In this document: in pieces, positions 28,118 through 37,577 of the stretch
How the letters are laid out: every line of letters begins with the position of its first letter
How positions within the stretch are numbered: the first letter of the stretch is position 1
Assembly: GCA_963674785.1 (NCBI GenBank)
Contig: OY771555.1
Coordinates: 144,851-208,850, forward strand
Origin: Caldisericia bacterium
GTDB taxonomy: Bacteria; Caldisericota; Caldisericia; JAAYUI01
Direction: 5' to 3'
Length of the DNA: 64,000 nt
Made by a program: the position numbers and the translations under genes
Notes under the pieces: generated by a model
The model's database searches: none
What the model saw: the letters and a program-made list of their open reading frames with translations, nothing else
Told to the model about the DNA's origin: nothing

Positions 28118-29281
28118 ATGAAGCGTTTCGTTACATTTGCACTTATTCTTTTCCTCGCACTTGGAGTCTTTGTCTCGTGTGGTGCTGAAAAAAAGGTGGA
28201 TACAGAACCGACACCAGCAGACGTCACACCAGCAGAACTCCCTCTTTTGAGAGTGGGACACGTCAATCAGGATCATCACCTTGCACTCTACGTCGCAGCA
28301 CTAAAAGGCGAATTCTTTAAGGATCAAGGTGTCTGGATGACAGAGATCAAACCTAAAGAAAGATACACACTCCACACAGAAAATGGAGCTATCGCTGAGG
28401 TTCAACTTGTCAAATCTAAAGGTGGTTCAGAGATGACAAACAACCTCCTTGCAGGTCTTTTTGATATTGGCTTTGGTGGAGTTCCTGCAGTTATGAGTGT
28501 TGTTGATAAAGGAAAAGATGTCAGGATTCTGATGCCTTTGCAAAACGCTGGCGACCAGCTCATCGTAAAAAAAGATATGCCAGTCGAAAACTGGGAAGAG
28601 TTTGTAGAATACGTAAAAAATAACGAAACACAGCTGAAACTCGGATACAAAGCCCCAACTGCAGTTCAATACATCGTTGCTCAAAAGGCATTTACAGAAG
28701 TTGGAATCACACAAACAGAAGACCCAACAAATACAGATGCAATGGTTCTTTGGATCAATCAAAAGGGTCAAAATAACATGACCACAAATCTGGCTGCAGG
28801 TCAAGTTGATGGGTTTGTAGCAAATCAACCAACACCGGCACAAGCGATCATATCTGATGTAGGAAAATTTATCACTGAACTTTCTGTATTGCCACCAGAT
28901 GGAATGTGGAACCATCACCCATGCTGTATGGTTTGCAGCAATGAAAAGGTCAAAACAGAATACCCAGAGGAAACAAAACAGTTCCTTAAACTCATCATGC
29001 TTGCAACAGACCACATAAATGACGACATGGATGATGCAATCGAAATTGCCTACGAATTCCTCGGACAAAAAGAAGGGGTTGAACACTTATCCATTCCAAC
29101 TGTATACTACAACTGCGATGACGATGAAGTTTGGAGAGGTGGAGTTGCAACATGGGCAGTTGTTATGAATGAAATCGGAAAATATACAGGAGAACTAAAG
29201 GATATCAACGATGAAAGAGCAGTTGATCTCTGTGTTGATTTCACATTCCTTCACGAACTTCAAAAGGAGTTAGGAAAATAG
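28118..29281 (+). CDS. ABC transporter substrate-binding lipoprotein (NMT1/SsuA/ThiY-like)
   Basis: 387 aa; lipobox FVSC; periplasmic-binding fold resemblance; unusual WNHHPCCMVCSN Cys/His cluster. Confidence 0.8.
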   Translation: MKRFVTFALILFLALGVFVSCGAEKKVDTEPTPADVTPAELPLLRVGHVNQDHHLALYVAALKGEFFKDQGVWMTEIKPKERYTLHTENGAIAEVQLVKSKGGSEMTNNLLAGLFDIGFGGVPAVMSVVDKGKDVRILMPLQNAGDQLIVKKDMPVENWEEFVEYVKNNETQLKLGYKAPTAVQYIVAQKAFTEVGITQTEDPTNTDAMVLWINQKGQNNMTTNLAAGQVDGFVANQPTPAQAIISDVGKFITELSVLPPDGMWNHHPCCMVCSNEKVKTEYPEETKQFLKLIMLATDHINDDMDDAIEIAYEFLGQKEGVEHLSIPTVYYNCDDDEVWRGGVATWAVVMNEIGKYTGELKDINDERAVDLCVDFTFLHELQKELGK

Positions 29282-29313
29282 ACCGACAAAAGATTTCTAA
29301 AATTTTATGGAGC

Positions 29314-30123
29314 GTGGGTGGAGCAATTGTTCTACCCCTGCTTCTTTTTCTTGTTTGGGATTACAGTGCTGCAAGACTTGGCTCATCAACTCTGCTTCCC
29401 AGAGTATCCGATGTTTTTGATGTGGTTTTGCATCCCACAGAAGACCTAATCAGACAAGGCACCCTGCTCTTCCATGTCTATGTTTCATCGATTCGGGTAT
29501 TGATGGGTTTTGTGATAGGATCGTTGCTTGCCATAGTTCTTGGAATGATAATGGGTTTATCAGACAAAGTAAGGCATTTTGTCACACCATTCATCGAGAT
29601 ACTAAGACCGCTTTGTCCTGTTGCCTGGATTCCCTTCGCGATAATTATCTTCGGTGGAGCGACCCTTTCAAACACATTTGGATACAAGTTTACTGATTCG
29701 ATTCTTGATTATGTTCAGATTGCTCAACTATTCATTATCGCCTGGGGAGCATTCTTTCCGGTATTAATAAACACGATTGATGGCGTCAGTGGTGTCAGAA
29801 AAATATGGGTTGAAACAGCAAAAACGATGAACGCATCCAAACTACAGATTTGGTCAAAGGTGATTCTCCCCGCAAGCTTCCCATCCATTTTGACTGGGCT
29901 TAAGGTTGGACTTGGTATCAGCTGGATGGTTGTAATTGCAGCCGAGATGTTTCCGGGTCCTTCTGCTGGAATCGGGTATCTGATGATGGAGGCATACGCA
30001 CAAACTGAAATCCATATTCTCGCTGCCGGATTAATCACAGTTGGAATCATCGGAGCGCTTCTGAACGCCATTTTAGCGGTTATCCATAAAACCTTTGCGG
30101 GTTGGCAGGCGAAGGAACGATAA
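29314..30123 (+). CDS. ABC transporter permease (NitT/TauT-type)
   Basis: 269 aa; six TM segments with the binding-protein-dependent permease signature region. Confidence 0.85.
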   Translation: MGGAIVLPLLLFLVWDYSAARLGSSTLLPRVSDVFDVVLHPTEDLIRQGTLLFHVYVSSIRVLMGFVIGSLLAIVLGMIMGLSDKVRHFVTPFIEILRPLCPVAWIPFAIIIFGGATLSNTFGYKFTDSILDYVQIAQLFIIAWGAFFPVLINTIDGVSGVRKIWVETAKTMNASKLQIWSKVILPASFPSILTGLKVGLGISWMVVIAAEMFPGPSAGIGYLMMEAYAQTEIHILAAGLITVGIIGALLNAILAVIHKTFAGWQAKER

Positions 30124-30125
30124 AC

Positions 30126-30935
30126 ATGATAAAACTCAGTGCAATATATAAAGATTTTGATAAGCAGGAAGTTTTGAAAAACATCAATTTGAAATTCTTA
30201 CCTGGGGAGTTCAACTGTATTCTTGGGCCAACCGGTTGCGGAAAAACAACTCTTTTGAGAATTATTGCAGGGCTTCTAAAACCAGATTCAGGTGTAGTCA
30301 AAATCGAGAAGCCATCGATTTCAATGATTTTCCAACAGCAAACCCTTTACCCATGGAGAAATGCACTCTCAAATGTTTGTCTTCCACTTGAGTTCAAGGG
30401 ATACTCAAAAAAAGAACGCATCAAAATGGCAATGGCTAGATTAGCCGAGGTTGATGTAGCAGATGCAGCCAAAAAAAAGGTCTTCCAGCTATCTGGTGGA
30501 ATGCAGCAGAGAGTACAGATTGCAAGGGCTTTGGTCTCTAATCCATCAGTACTTCTTGCTGACGAACCATTCGGTTCACTTGATGAAAAAACAAGATACA
30601 AGCTTCAAAAAAAACTCAGAGAGATAACCCTTTCAAACAATACAACAACAGTTTTTGTAACTCATAATATTGAAGAGGCAATTTATCTTGGAGATAGAAT
30701 TATTGTAATTGGAAACAAAGGGGTTCAAGCAGATTTTGATCTTACCACCCCACACCCTAGAGACAGACTTTCGAAATGGTTTACAAGTAAAATTCTTGAA
30801 GTAAGAAATGTTTTTGAAACACTCATCGAAGATGAAGATACAACTGATGGGATTGAAAAAAGCGAAGAACCCGAAGAAAATAACGACCCATTCAAAACAA
30901 TGAAACTCGATGTGACAACAGATGAAAATGAATAA
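30126..30935 (+). CDS. ABC transporter ATP-binding protein
   Basis: Walker A GPTGCGKTT, signature LSGGMQQR, Walker B LLADEP. Start moved to ATG at 30126, right after the permease stop. Confidence 0.9.
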   Translation: MIKLSAIYKDFDKQEVLKNINLKFLPGEFNCILGPTGCGKTTLLRIIAGLLKPDSGVVKIEKPSISMIFQQQTLYPWRNALSNVCLPLEFKGYSKKERIKMAMARLAEVDVADAAKKKVFQLSGGMQQRVQIARALVSNPSVLLADEPFGSLDEKTRYKLQKKLREITLSNNTTTVFVTHNIEEAIYLGDRIIVIGNKGVQADFDLTTPHPRDRLSKWFTSKILEVRNVFETLIEDEDTTDGIEKSEEPEENNDPFKTMKLDVTTDENE

Positions 30936-31956
30936 AGAAGAAGAGTTCAGGCTTACAAAATTTGCCGGATGTGCTGGTTGAGAGAGTAAGTGGGGGCCGG
31001 GAGCTCTCAAGAAGTTACTCAGTGACTTACCTGTTTTTGAGTCACCAGATTTAATCACTCGTGACGTCAATAAAGCTGATGCTGCCGTTTATAAAATCAA
31101 TGATGATTTATACGGTATCTATACAATTGATGTTTTCTCACCAATTGTTGATGACCCTGAAGACTTTGGTGCAATCGCCTTTGCAAATTGTATTTCTGAT
31201 GTTTGCGCAATGGGTGGGACACCAGTTCTTGGGCTAAATGTTTGTATGTTCCCAGCAGCAGCTCCAGTTGAAAAACTCAACCTTATACTTAAGGGTGCAT
31301 CTGAGTCAGCCCAAAAAGAAGGGGTAATAATTGCCGGTGGACACACAACCAAAAATGATGAACTCCACTACGGACTCTCAGTTTATGGGACTGTAAAACC
31401 AGTAGATCTCAGGCTTTCATCAAATGCAAAACCCGGAGACCATATCATCCTTACAAAAGGACTCGGGACGGGTATCCTTTTTGCAGCAAAAGATAGGGCT
31501 GAGGGCGTTAACTGGCAATCAGCAATTGATTCGATGAAACAGACATCCGTTATTGCGTCAAAAATCCTAACCGAATTTGGATGCAGGTGTAGCACCGATA
31601 TTACAGGTTTTGGGTTTGTACCACATCTTCTTGAAGTACTCGAAGAGTCAAGGGTAGCAGCCAAAATTAATCCAGAATCTCTTCCGCTTCTTCCTGGCGT
31701 GATTGACTTTTCTAGATCATTTGCCTGTCCGGTTTTATCAACAAACATGGAACTTGCCGGGGCAAAGTTCGACTCTGGCAAACATGATCCTAAATGGATC
31801 AACATCTGCTTTGACGCCCAAACTTCTGGTGGCTTTATTGCATTTGTTTCAGAAGAAAATGCCGGTAAGTGTTTAGAAAAGCTTATTGATGCAGGATATC
31901 AGGCAGCAGATGTTGGTGAGGTTGCTGAGGGTGAGTCGAAAATTACATTGGTTTAG
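30922..31956 (+). CDS. selD: Selenophosphate synthetase with in-frame UGA (selenocysteine) at 30979-30981
   Basis: Frame of ORF 31210..31956 extended upstream: MKMNKEEEFRLTKFAGCAG[U]ESKWGPGALKKLL...DAAVYKI...SPIVDDPEDFGAIAFANCISDVCAMGG. UGA aligns with E. coli SelD Cys17 and the Lys three residues on with Lys20. Start ATG 30922 (or 30928) overlaps the ATPase stop. Confidence 0.85.
30982..31008 (+). promoter_or_regulatory. Candidate SECIS hairpin immediately 3' of the selD UGA
   Basis: GAGAGU-AAGUGGGGGCCGGGA-GCUCUC: 6-bp lower stem with G-rich apical region starting directly after UGA. Hand-folded, not energy-evaluated. Confidence 0.35.
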
Positions 31957-31982
31957 AGATATTCCAACCTGGGCTCGATCAA

Positions 31983-33812
31983 TTAATGGTTTCTGATTGG
32001 CCAAATTGTTTGTGTTTTGATAAAGTCTTCGTAACCAGACACATATCCAAATCTTGACCTATTATAATAATTTGAAGGCATCAATTCAGACTCCAAAACA
32101 TCGATAACTCCATTGCTAAGGAACTCCAATCTTACAAATTCCAAATCTTCCCTGCTGTCCTTTAATCCCCTGAAATATTCAAAATCACTACTCAATAAAA
32201 CAGAACCTCTTTCTGGTAATCTAAAGGTCAAGAGTTTTTTCTCACCAAATTTTAAATCTGTTATTTCTATTGATTCAGAAAACCTAGAATAAATAGGAGC
32301 AGCTTCCTTTAACTCATCCTTATAAGTATACCTCTCGTGCCCCCAACCCATCAAATAAAAAACTCCTGAAAGATTCTCACCAAATCTATCCCCTCTAGTG
32401 TTAACTATTTCGAAAGTTATAGTTTCAGTACCCTGATCTATCATTTTTATTGAAAATGTTGGGCATGGTTTCGTTTCATACAAATAGTTATAAAAATCAC
32501 CACCTGCGCCAAAATGGAGAGTTCTATCCTGATAGATTATTTGAGGATCTCGAATCCACTGAACTGAATCAACCATAGATGAATACCAATACATAGGCAT
32601 ACTATCGATATTAACCTGGAATATATCCGAATCGATTTCTGGGAATTTTTCATTGTGAAAAATATTCTTAGCAACGGAAAAGTCAATACATGAGATCCTG
32701 TCTAAATACCTGATACCACTTAAATATTCGGGGTTTTCCAGGCTATCTATGTATAAATCATCTCCAATTGCAGTAATAATTTTCCCTTTAAAATGTTTGT
32801 TTATTCCACCATTTTTTACAATCTCTATTCTTTCCATCAATTCGTCATAGTAGACAATCGTTGATGGTGTGAAGATAAACTCTTTAGGTTTTGAGCTTAA
32901 AACAAGTTTATTTGATTCACCTGTTGTTAGATTTATCGATAAAACTAGAAATCTTTGTTTCCCTGATGCCCTTTCTTCCAAATCGAAGACTTTTCCAAAG
33001 AAATCATTACATACTATATCTGTCTCATCTTCATCTATATCATCGATCCATGGACTTATCCTGTATTTTTCCAAATCGATTTTTTCGTATCCAAACTCCA
33101 GGATTTCACCAGTCCTCAAATCAATTTTCCGCATAATTCCATTTTCATGGTACGAATAACAGAAGAATCCTTTGTGGTAATATGATCCAGCGAAAAAATA
33201 ATCCTCTTCATTAACATCAAAACTTACCTCTCCTCGCATACCACCATATGATTCAACACTAACTGTATAAGCATCTTCATTTTCCTCTACATCCACCCTG
33301 CATCTAACTCTAGCATTTGAATCAGCATCATTAATCTCACTACTTGTAACACTATCTGAATAATCAAATGTCAAATCGTCCTTTAACGCAAAAGCACAAA
33401 CAAAAGAATCACTGCACCAGTTTGACTCATGTGAGTAGTCATAAGCATAAATTTTCCCATCGATGTTTTTGCCACCTGATTCTGCATTTGCTAAAACTCT
33501 TTTTATCAATTCACCAGTTTTCAAATCATAAATATCAAACTTCCCATAATCTCTCGTAAACAAAAAATCACCAGCCAAAAACAAAGTTTCGATATGGTTT
33601 CTATCACAATATGGGATACTCAATACCTCTTCTTGGCTCTCAAATGAAATCACCTTGTAGCATTGATTCCTAAATGTCCCCTCATCTTCGATGAATTGAG
33701 CTGATCTCATACAGTGATACTTCTCATTAAAATCATAGGTAACGCTCTGACAACCATTGTTTTCAAATTGAATCCTTTTTATAATTTGCCCATCTTTGCC
33801 CAATAAAAACAT
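31983..33812 (-). CDS. Hypothetical protein (609 aa)
   Basis: Long ORF, no recognised motifs, no obvious signal peptide. Confidence 0.6.
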   Translation of the reverse strand: MFLLGKDGQIIKRIQFENNGCQSVTYDFNEKYHCMRSAQFIEDEGTFRNQCYKVISFESQEEVLSIPYCDRNHIETLFLAGDFLFTRDYGKFDIYDLKTGELIKRVLANAESGGKNIDGKIYAYDYSHESNWCSDSFVCAFALKDDLTFDYSDSVTSSEINDADSNARVRCRVDVEENEDAYTVSVESYGGMRGEVSFDVNEEDYFFAGSYYHKGFFCYSYHENGIMRKIDLRTGEILEFGYEKIDLEKYRISPWIDDIDEDETDIVCNDFFGKVFDLEERASGKQRFLVLSINLTTGESNKLVLSSKPKEFIFTPSTIVYYDELMERIEIVKNGGINKHFKGKIITAIGDDLYIDSLENPEYLSGIRYLDRISCIDFSVAKNIFHNEKFPEIDSDIFQVNIDSMPMYWYSSMVDSVQWIRDPQIIYQDRTLHFGAGGDFYNYLYETKPCPTFSIKMIDQGTETITFEIVNTRGDRFGENLSGVFYLMGWGHERYTYKDELKEAAPIYSRFSESIEITDLKFGEKKLLTFRLPERGSVLLSSDFEYFRGLKDSREDLEFVRLEFLSNGVIDVLESELMPSNYYNRSRFGYVSGYEDFIKTQTIWPIRNH

Positions 33813-33827
33813 AATTGTTGTCGTTTG

Positions 33828-34661
33828 TTAATCAAATTCATCTTCCCCCACAAAAGTCAGATAAACCAGATATAAATCCTGCCTATTTAATACACTAAAC
33901 CGTATATCTTCATCATTGATGATTTTTTTGATTTCTTCAGGGAGATCAATAAATACTCCTTCTTTAAGATTTGCGATTTTTTCAGCAGTCATAAGCAAAG
34001 TGTCTTTCGAATAACGCTGACTTTTCCTTCGAAGAACTTCTTTCCCACTTTTCAAATCAATATATTTGTATTCATATTTTTCTCTGAATTTATCTGAAGA
34101 ACCATCAATTTCTCTAATAAAAACCAAAAATTTGCCAAACAAAAGATCATTATACATGAATCCTTCATCATCAACAGTAGGAGAACTCCAGGCAATTTGC
34201 ATATCAATAAAGTCAAAAAGCTCAAGATAATATACACCATTAACCTCATAAATATTCTCAATATACCGTGTATTCCACTCCCAAGAATTATCAAGAAACC
34301 CAATATTTTCAGTTTTCATTTTCTCATCTAAAATCTGATTTTTATCATAACCAATCGGATACAGCTTTTCATTCTTAAAACCTGTTAGGTCTTCATATTC
34401 CTTTGAATAGATATCCAATGGTCCATGAATATTGAGGTTTTTGTCAACAACATATCTGAATCTGTGATAACTGGAATCCATGTATGATTCACCCATACTC
34501 TCATCAAAAGGCATCACATCGACCCCAAAGGTCAATGGAATGATTTTCGAAGGAGCAACAGGCAAATGAACTGTTACTTTCTCATTCTGCCCAGCAGAAA
34601 TATTAATAAATTGAACAAACACGAAAACAACAACCAACAATAAAACCTGAAGTTTTCTCAT
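33828..34661 (-). CDS. Secreted hypothetical protein
   Basis: 277 aa; signal peptide MRKLQVLLLVVVFVFVQFINISAG. Confidence 0.6.
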   Translation of the reverse strand: MRKLQVLLLVVVFVFVQFINISAGQNEKVTVHLPVAPSKIIPLTFGVDVMPFDESMGESYMDSSYHRFRYVVDKNLNIHGPLDIYSKEYEDLTGFKNEKLYPIGYDKNQILDEKMKTENIGFLDNSWEWNTRYIENIYEVNGVYYLELFDFIDMQIAWSSPTVDDEGFMYNDLLFGKFLVFIREIDGSSDKFREKYEYKYIDLKSGKEVLRRKSQRYSKDTLLMTAEKIANLKEGVFIDLPEEIKKIINDEDIRFSVLNRQDLYLVYLTFVGEDEFD

Positions 34662-34782
34662 CTTGCCTCCACATGAAATACTATAATAATTATGTATGGT
34701 TTATGACAAAAATCCATAACCTAACTTTTCTAACATGACCCCCGTACTATATCTTGAAAGCAGCAACCGAAAGGAGAACGAA

Positions 34783-36078
34783 ATGAAAAAAATAATAACA
34801 ATCGTACTACTGGGAGCACTTGTTTTAGGAATGGCAATCACAGGAACTGCATTTGCAAGAGAAGGACAGAGGAATTCAGCAAATGGACAGACTCCTGCAA
34901 ATGGAACTTTGGCAGAAAAGGTAAGAGAGATTCCACAGATGGGAACAGTGGTTTCAAAAAATGCAAACCAGATCGTAATTTCTGGTCCAGGAATGGATTT
35001 TGTTCAGATCACAATTACACTTAATGATGAAACAAAATTCTACGACGGAACTGTCGAGCATGAGCAGGGTGAAGAGCCAACAGAAATCTCAATCTCTGAC
35101 ATTAAAAAAGGCGACAAGATTGTTGCTCACGGAAAGATTGTAAGAGACGACGAAGAATCACCAACATCTTACATTGCAGCAAGAGTTGTTAAAGTTAACC
35201 AGTTTCCAAGACTGGATGCACCAGGAGACAGTGGAAGAGAGCAGCCACCAACAATGAACGTTCTTTTCAAGTCAGCAAGCGGAAACACAATCACGGTTAC
35301 AGACCCAGCTGGTGAAAATGAACTAACAGTGACACTTGCTGAGAATGCAAAAATCTTCAAACTCGTCAAGGGTGAAGATGATGAAAAGGCAACCAGAGAA
35401 GAAGTTGAAGTAAGCGGACTCTCAGAAGGTGACAAGCTTGTTATCACCGGAAAAAGAGTAAAAGACGACGAAGGAAACGTAACTGTCACAGCAATGATTA
35501 TCCTCGTTGTTGACGAATTCCCAGCACAGCGTCCTGGAAAAGACAGAGGCGACGACAAAATGCACCAGGTTCTTGGCACATTCAACAGCTTTGATGGTGA
35601 CTACATGATTCTCGATCCAATCGCAGAGGATGCCGAGCAGATTAAGATCAAACTCTCCGAAAAGACAGCCTTCGTCAAGTTTGAAAAATCAGAAACCGAA
35701 GGTGAAAAACCAGAAAAGATTGAGATGTCAAAAGATGATCTTAAAGCTGGACAAAAAGTCTCAGTTCAGGTCATCCCAACAAGAGATGGTGATTCAGAAA
35801 CAAGAGAAGCCACAGCAGTGGTTGTTGTCTTCCTTGACGAGTTCCCACCAGCAAGAGCAGGCGGAGAGATCACAGCAATCAACGCAAAGTCAATCACAAT
35901 CAAGATGAAGAATGAAGACGAGGTAACATTTGAAATCACTGATGAAACAGTATTCCAGATTCACTCAAAAGATGCTGACCCAGTTGAAGCAACAAAGTCG
36001 GATTTCAAAAAGGGTGACATGGTCGGAATCGTCCACAGAGATGGTGCGGCAATCCTCATCACAAAAAGAGCAGAATAG
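34783..36078 (+). CDS. Secreted protein with four DUF5666-like repeats
   Basis: Start moved to ATG 34783 (AAAGGAG-N6-ATG; MKKIITIVLLGALVLG signal peptide). Four ~90-aa repeats each ending in a KKGDKIV / EGDKLVITGK / KAGQKVSV / KKGDMVGIV-type motif. Confidence 0.7.
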   Translation: MKKIITIVLLGALVLGMAITGTAFAREGQRNSANGQTPANGTLAEKVREIPQMGTVVSKNANQIVISGPGMDFVQITITLNDETKFYDGTVEHEQGEEPTEISISDIKKGDKIVAHGKIVRDDEESPTSYIAARVVKVNQFPRLDAPGDSGREQPPTMNVLFKSASGNTITVTDPAGENELTVTLAENAKIFKLVKGEDDEKATREEVEVSGLSEGDKLVITGKRVKDDEGNVTVTAMIILVVDEFPAQRPGKDRGDDKMHQVLGTFNSFDGDYMILDPIAEDAEQIKIKLSEKTAFVKFEKSETEGEKPEKIEMSKDDLKAGQKVSVQVIPTRDGDSETREATAVVVVFLDEFPPARAGGEITAINAKSITIKMKNEDEVTFEITDETVFQIHSKDADPVEATKSDFKKGDMVGIVHRDGAAILITKRAE

Positions 36079-36108
36079 TAGCGAATAAATAAATCTTCTC
36101 ATCAAAAA

Positions 36109-36135
36109 CCCCCGAGGAATCCTCGGGGGTTTTTT
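36109..36135 (+). terminator. Rho-independent terminator
   Basis: CCCCCGAGG-AAT-CCTCGGGGG followed by TTTTTT, 30 nt after the stop of 34783..36078. Confidence 0.75.
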
Positions 36136-36796
36136 AAATTTGTTATGTAAATAAAACAATCAGAACACGTTGGAAGAAAAGTAGTTGATCAGCTTGTGAA
36201 TGCTCTGAAATCGTCACTACAAAAAAGCAAAGCTGACAGCCAGGAAAGACCTAAAAAGACTTCATTATGAAAGGTGTTTTGTTACTTTTTCATTCACAAA
36301 GAGTGTTTATGAAGAGCATGCAAGACTAAAACGTGAAGATGATATTGATATTGAACTTATGACTGTGGAGGATGTTGTAAAGGAATTCAAACAATAAACG
36401 ACTGACAGTGTTGTTTCCTCATCTCAATCAGTATAATCACTATGACAGACTAAAAGAGGGGAGGCGTACATGGGAAGAAAATCTTCATCTAGGAAAAGCA
36501 AGACTTCATAAAGAAAGACTGGTTCATCTCGTAATAGAAAAACCGTTAATGTTAACTCCAACACTCGAAAAGACGGAACAAAAGTCCATGAGCACAAACG
36601 TTCTAAACCAGACTAATAAATCCAAGACTTTATCATCACACCACCAATAGGCAAAATACAAAAAAGAACTGTCGAGTCATTGAATGACATTAAAAAAAAA
36701 TGAATAAAAATCCTTAACTTGCGAAGTGTAGCTATACTGACTTTCTCTGAGATTCCTACGTACTATCTCATATAACAACAATACGAAAGGAATATC

Positions 36797-37450
36797 GTGA
36801 AAAGATTATTATCTATTGTGCTTATTGGAATGCTTTTATCAGGAGTGGTAGCCCTAGGAGTTACATTTGCAGAGGAAGAAACTCTTCCCGAGAAACCAGA
36901 ACGACCAGAAACAATCAGATTAAAGCTCTGGGTTAACACTTCAAAATTTGTGAAGGATGATGTTCAGATTACTGATCTTGACCCTGCACCGACAACAAAA
37001 TCACCACCTCTTCCATCAGAGCTTGCAGGAAACACATACATGCCTGTAAGAGCAGTTTTTGAAGCTCTTGGGGCAGATGTGCAGTGGATTGATGACGACA
37101 GAAGGGTAGACGTGCAGCTCGGAAGAATAAAGCTTCAGCTTTGGGTTGACAATGTATCGACGGCAAAAATCAATGACGAAGAGGTGACCATATACAATGC
37201 CGACGAATCAAAGGTTCTCTACCCAACGATTGTAGATGGAAAAACAATGCTTCCATTAAGATTTGCCTGTGAATCACTTAAAGCTGATGTTAACTGGATT
37301 GAAAGTGAATCGGCAATCGAAATCGTATACCCCTCTGAAACGATGGAAGAGCCACCAGCAGATGGCGAAGAAAGACCTGAACCTCCAGGAGATGGCGAAA
37401 CTCCGCCAGACAAACCAGAACCACCAGAAGATGGAGGAGAACAGCCGTAA
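36797..37450 (+). CDS. Secreted copper-amine-oxidase N-terminal ('stalk') domain protein
   Basis: 217 aa; GTG start; signal peptide; stalk-domain motifs (YMPVRAVFEALGADVQWIDDD..., MLPLRFACESLKADVNWIESE); Pro/Glu-rich tail. Confidence 0.75.
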   Translation: MKRLLSIVLIGMLLSGVVALGVTFAEEETLPEKPERPETIRLKLWVNTSKFVKDDVQITDLDPAPTTKSPPLPSELAGNTYMPVRAVFEALGADVQWIDDDRRVDVQLGRIKLQLWVDNVSTAKINDEEVTIYNADESKVLYPTIVDGKTMLPLRFACESLKADVNWIESESAIEIVYPSETMEEPPADGEERPEPPGDGETPPDKPEPPEDGGEQP

Positions 37451-37477
37451 AAAAGGAAACTGATCAAAGTTTTTAAA

Positions 37478-37508
37478 ACCCTCTGTCTTTTAAACAGAGG
37501 GTTTTTTA
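37478..37508. terminator. Bidirectional rho-independent terminator between convergent genes
   Basis: ACCCTCTGT-N7-ACAGAGGGT followed by TTTTTT on the plus strand, with an A-run on the other side. Confidence 0.6.
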
Positions 37509-37577
37509 TTGATATTCATTATCTGGTAAAAGTGTTCAGGAATTTCAATTATCTTCTTTGATAAACTAAGAGGGTCA

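Noticed and set aside
28402-30301. Antisense ORFs inside the ABC transporter genes (28427..29086, 29478..29687, 29724..30071, 30080..30301)
   Set aside because: They lie opposite well-supported transporter genes and have Cys-rich, low-complexity translations typical of antisense frames in AT-rich DNA.
36408-36650. 80-aa ORF in the 650-nt intergenic region between 36136 and 36796
   Set aside because: No ribosome-binding site, no recognisable motif, low-complexity composition; the short MGRKSSSRKSKTS frame nearby terminates after 13 codons. Probably non-coding.
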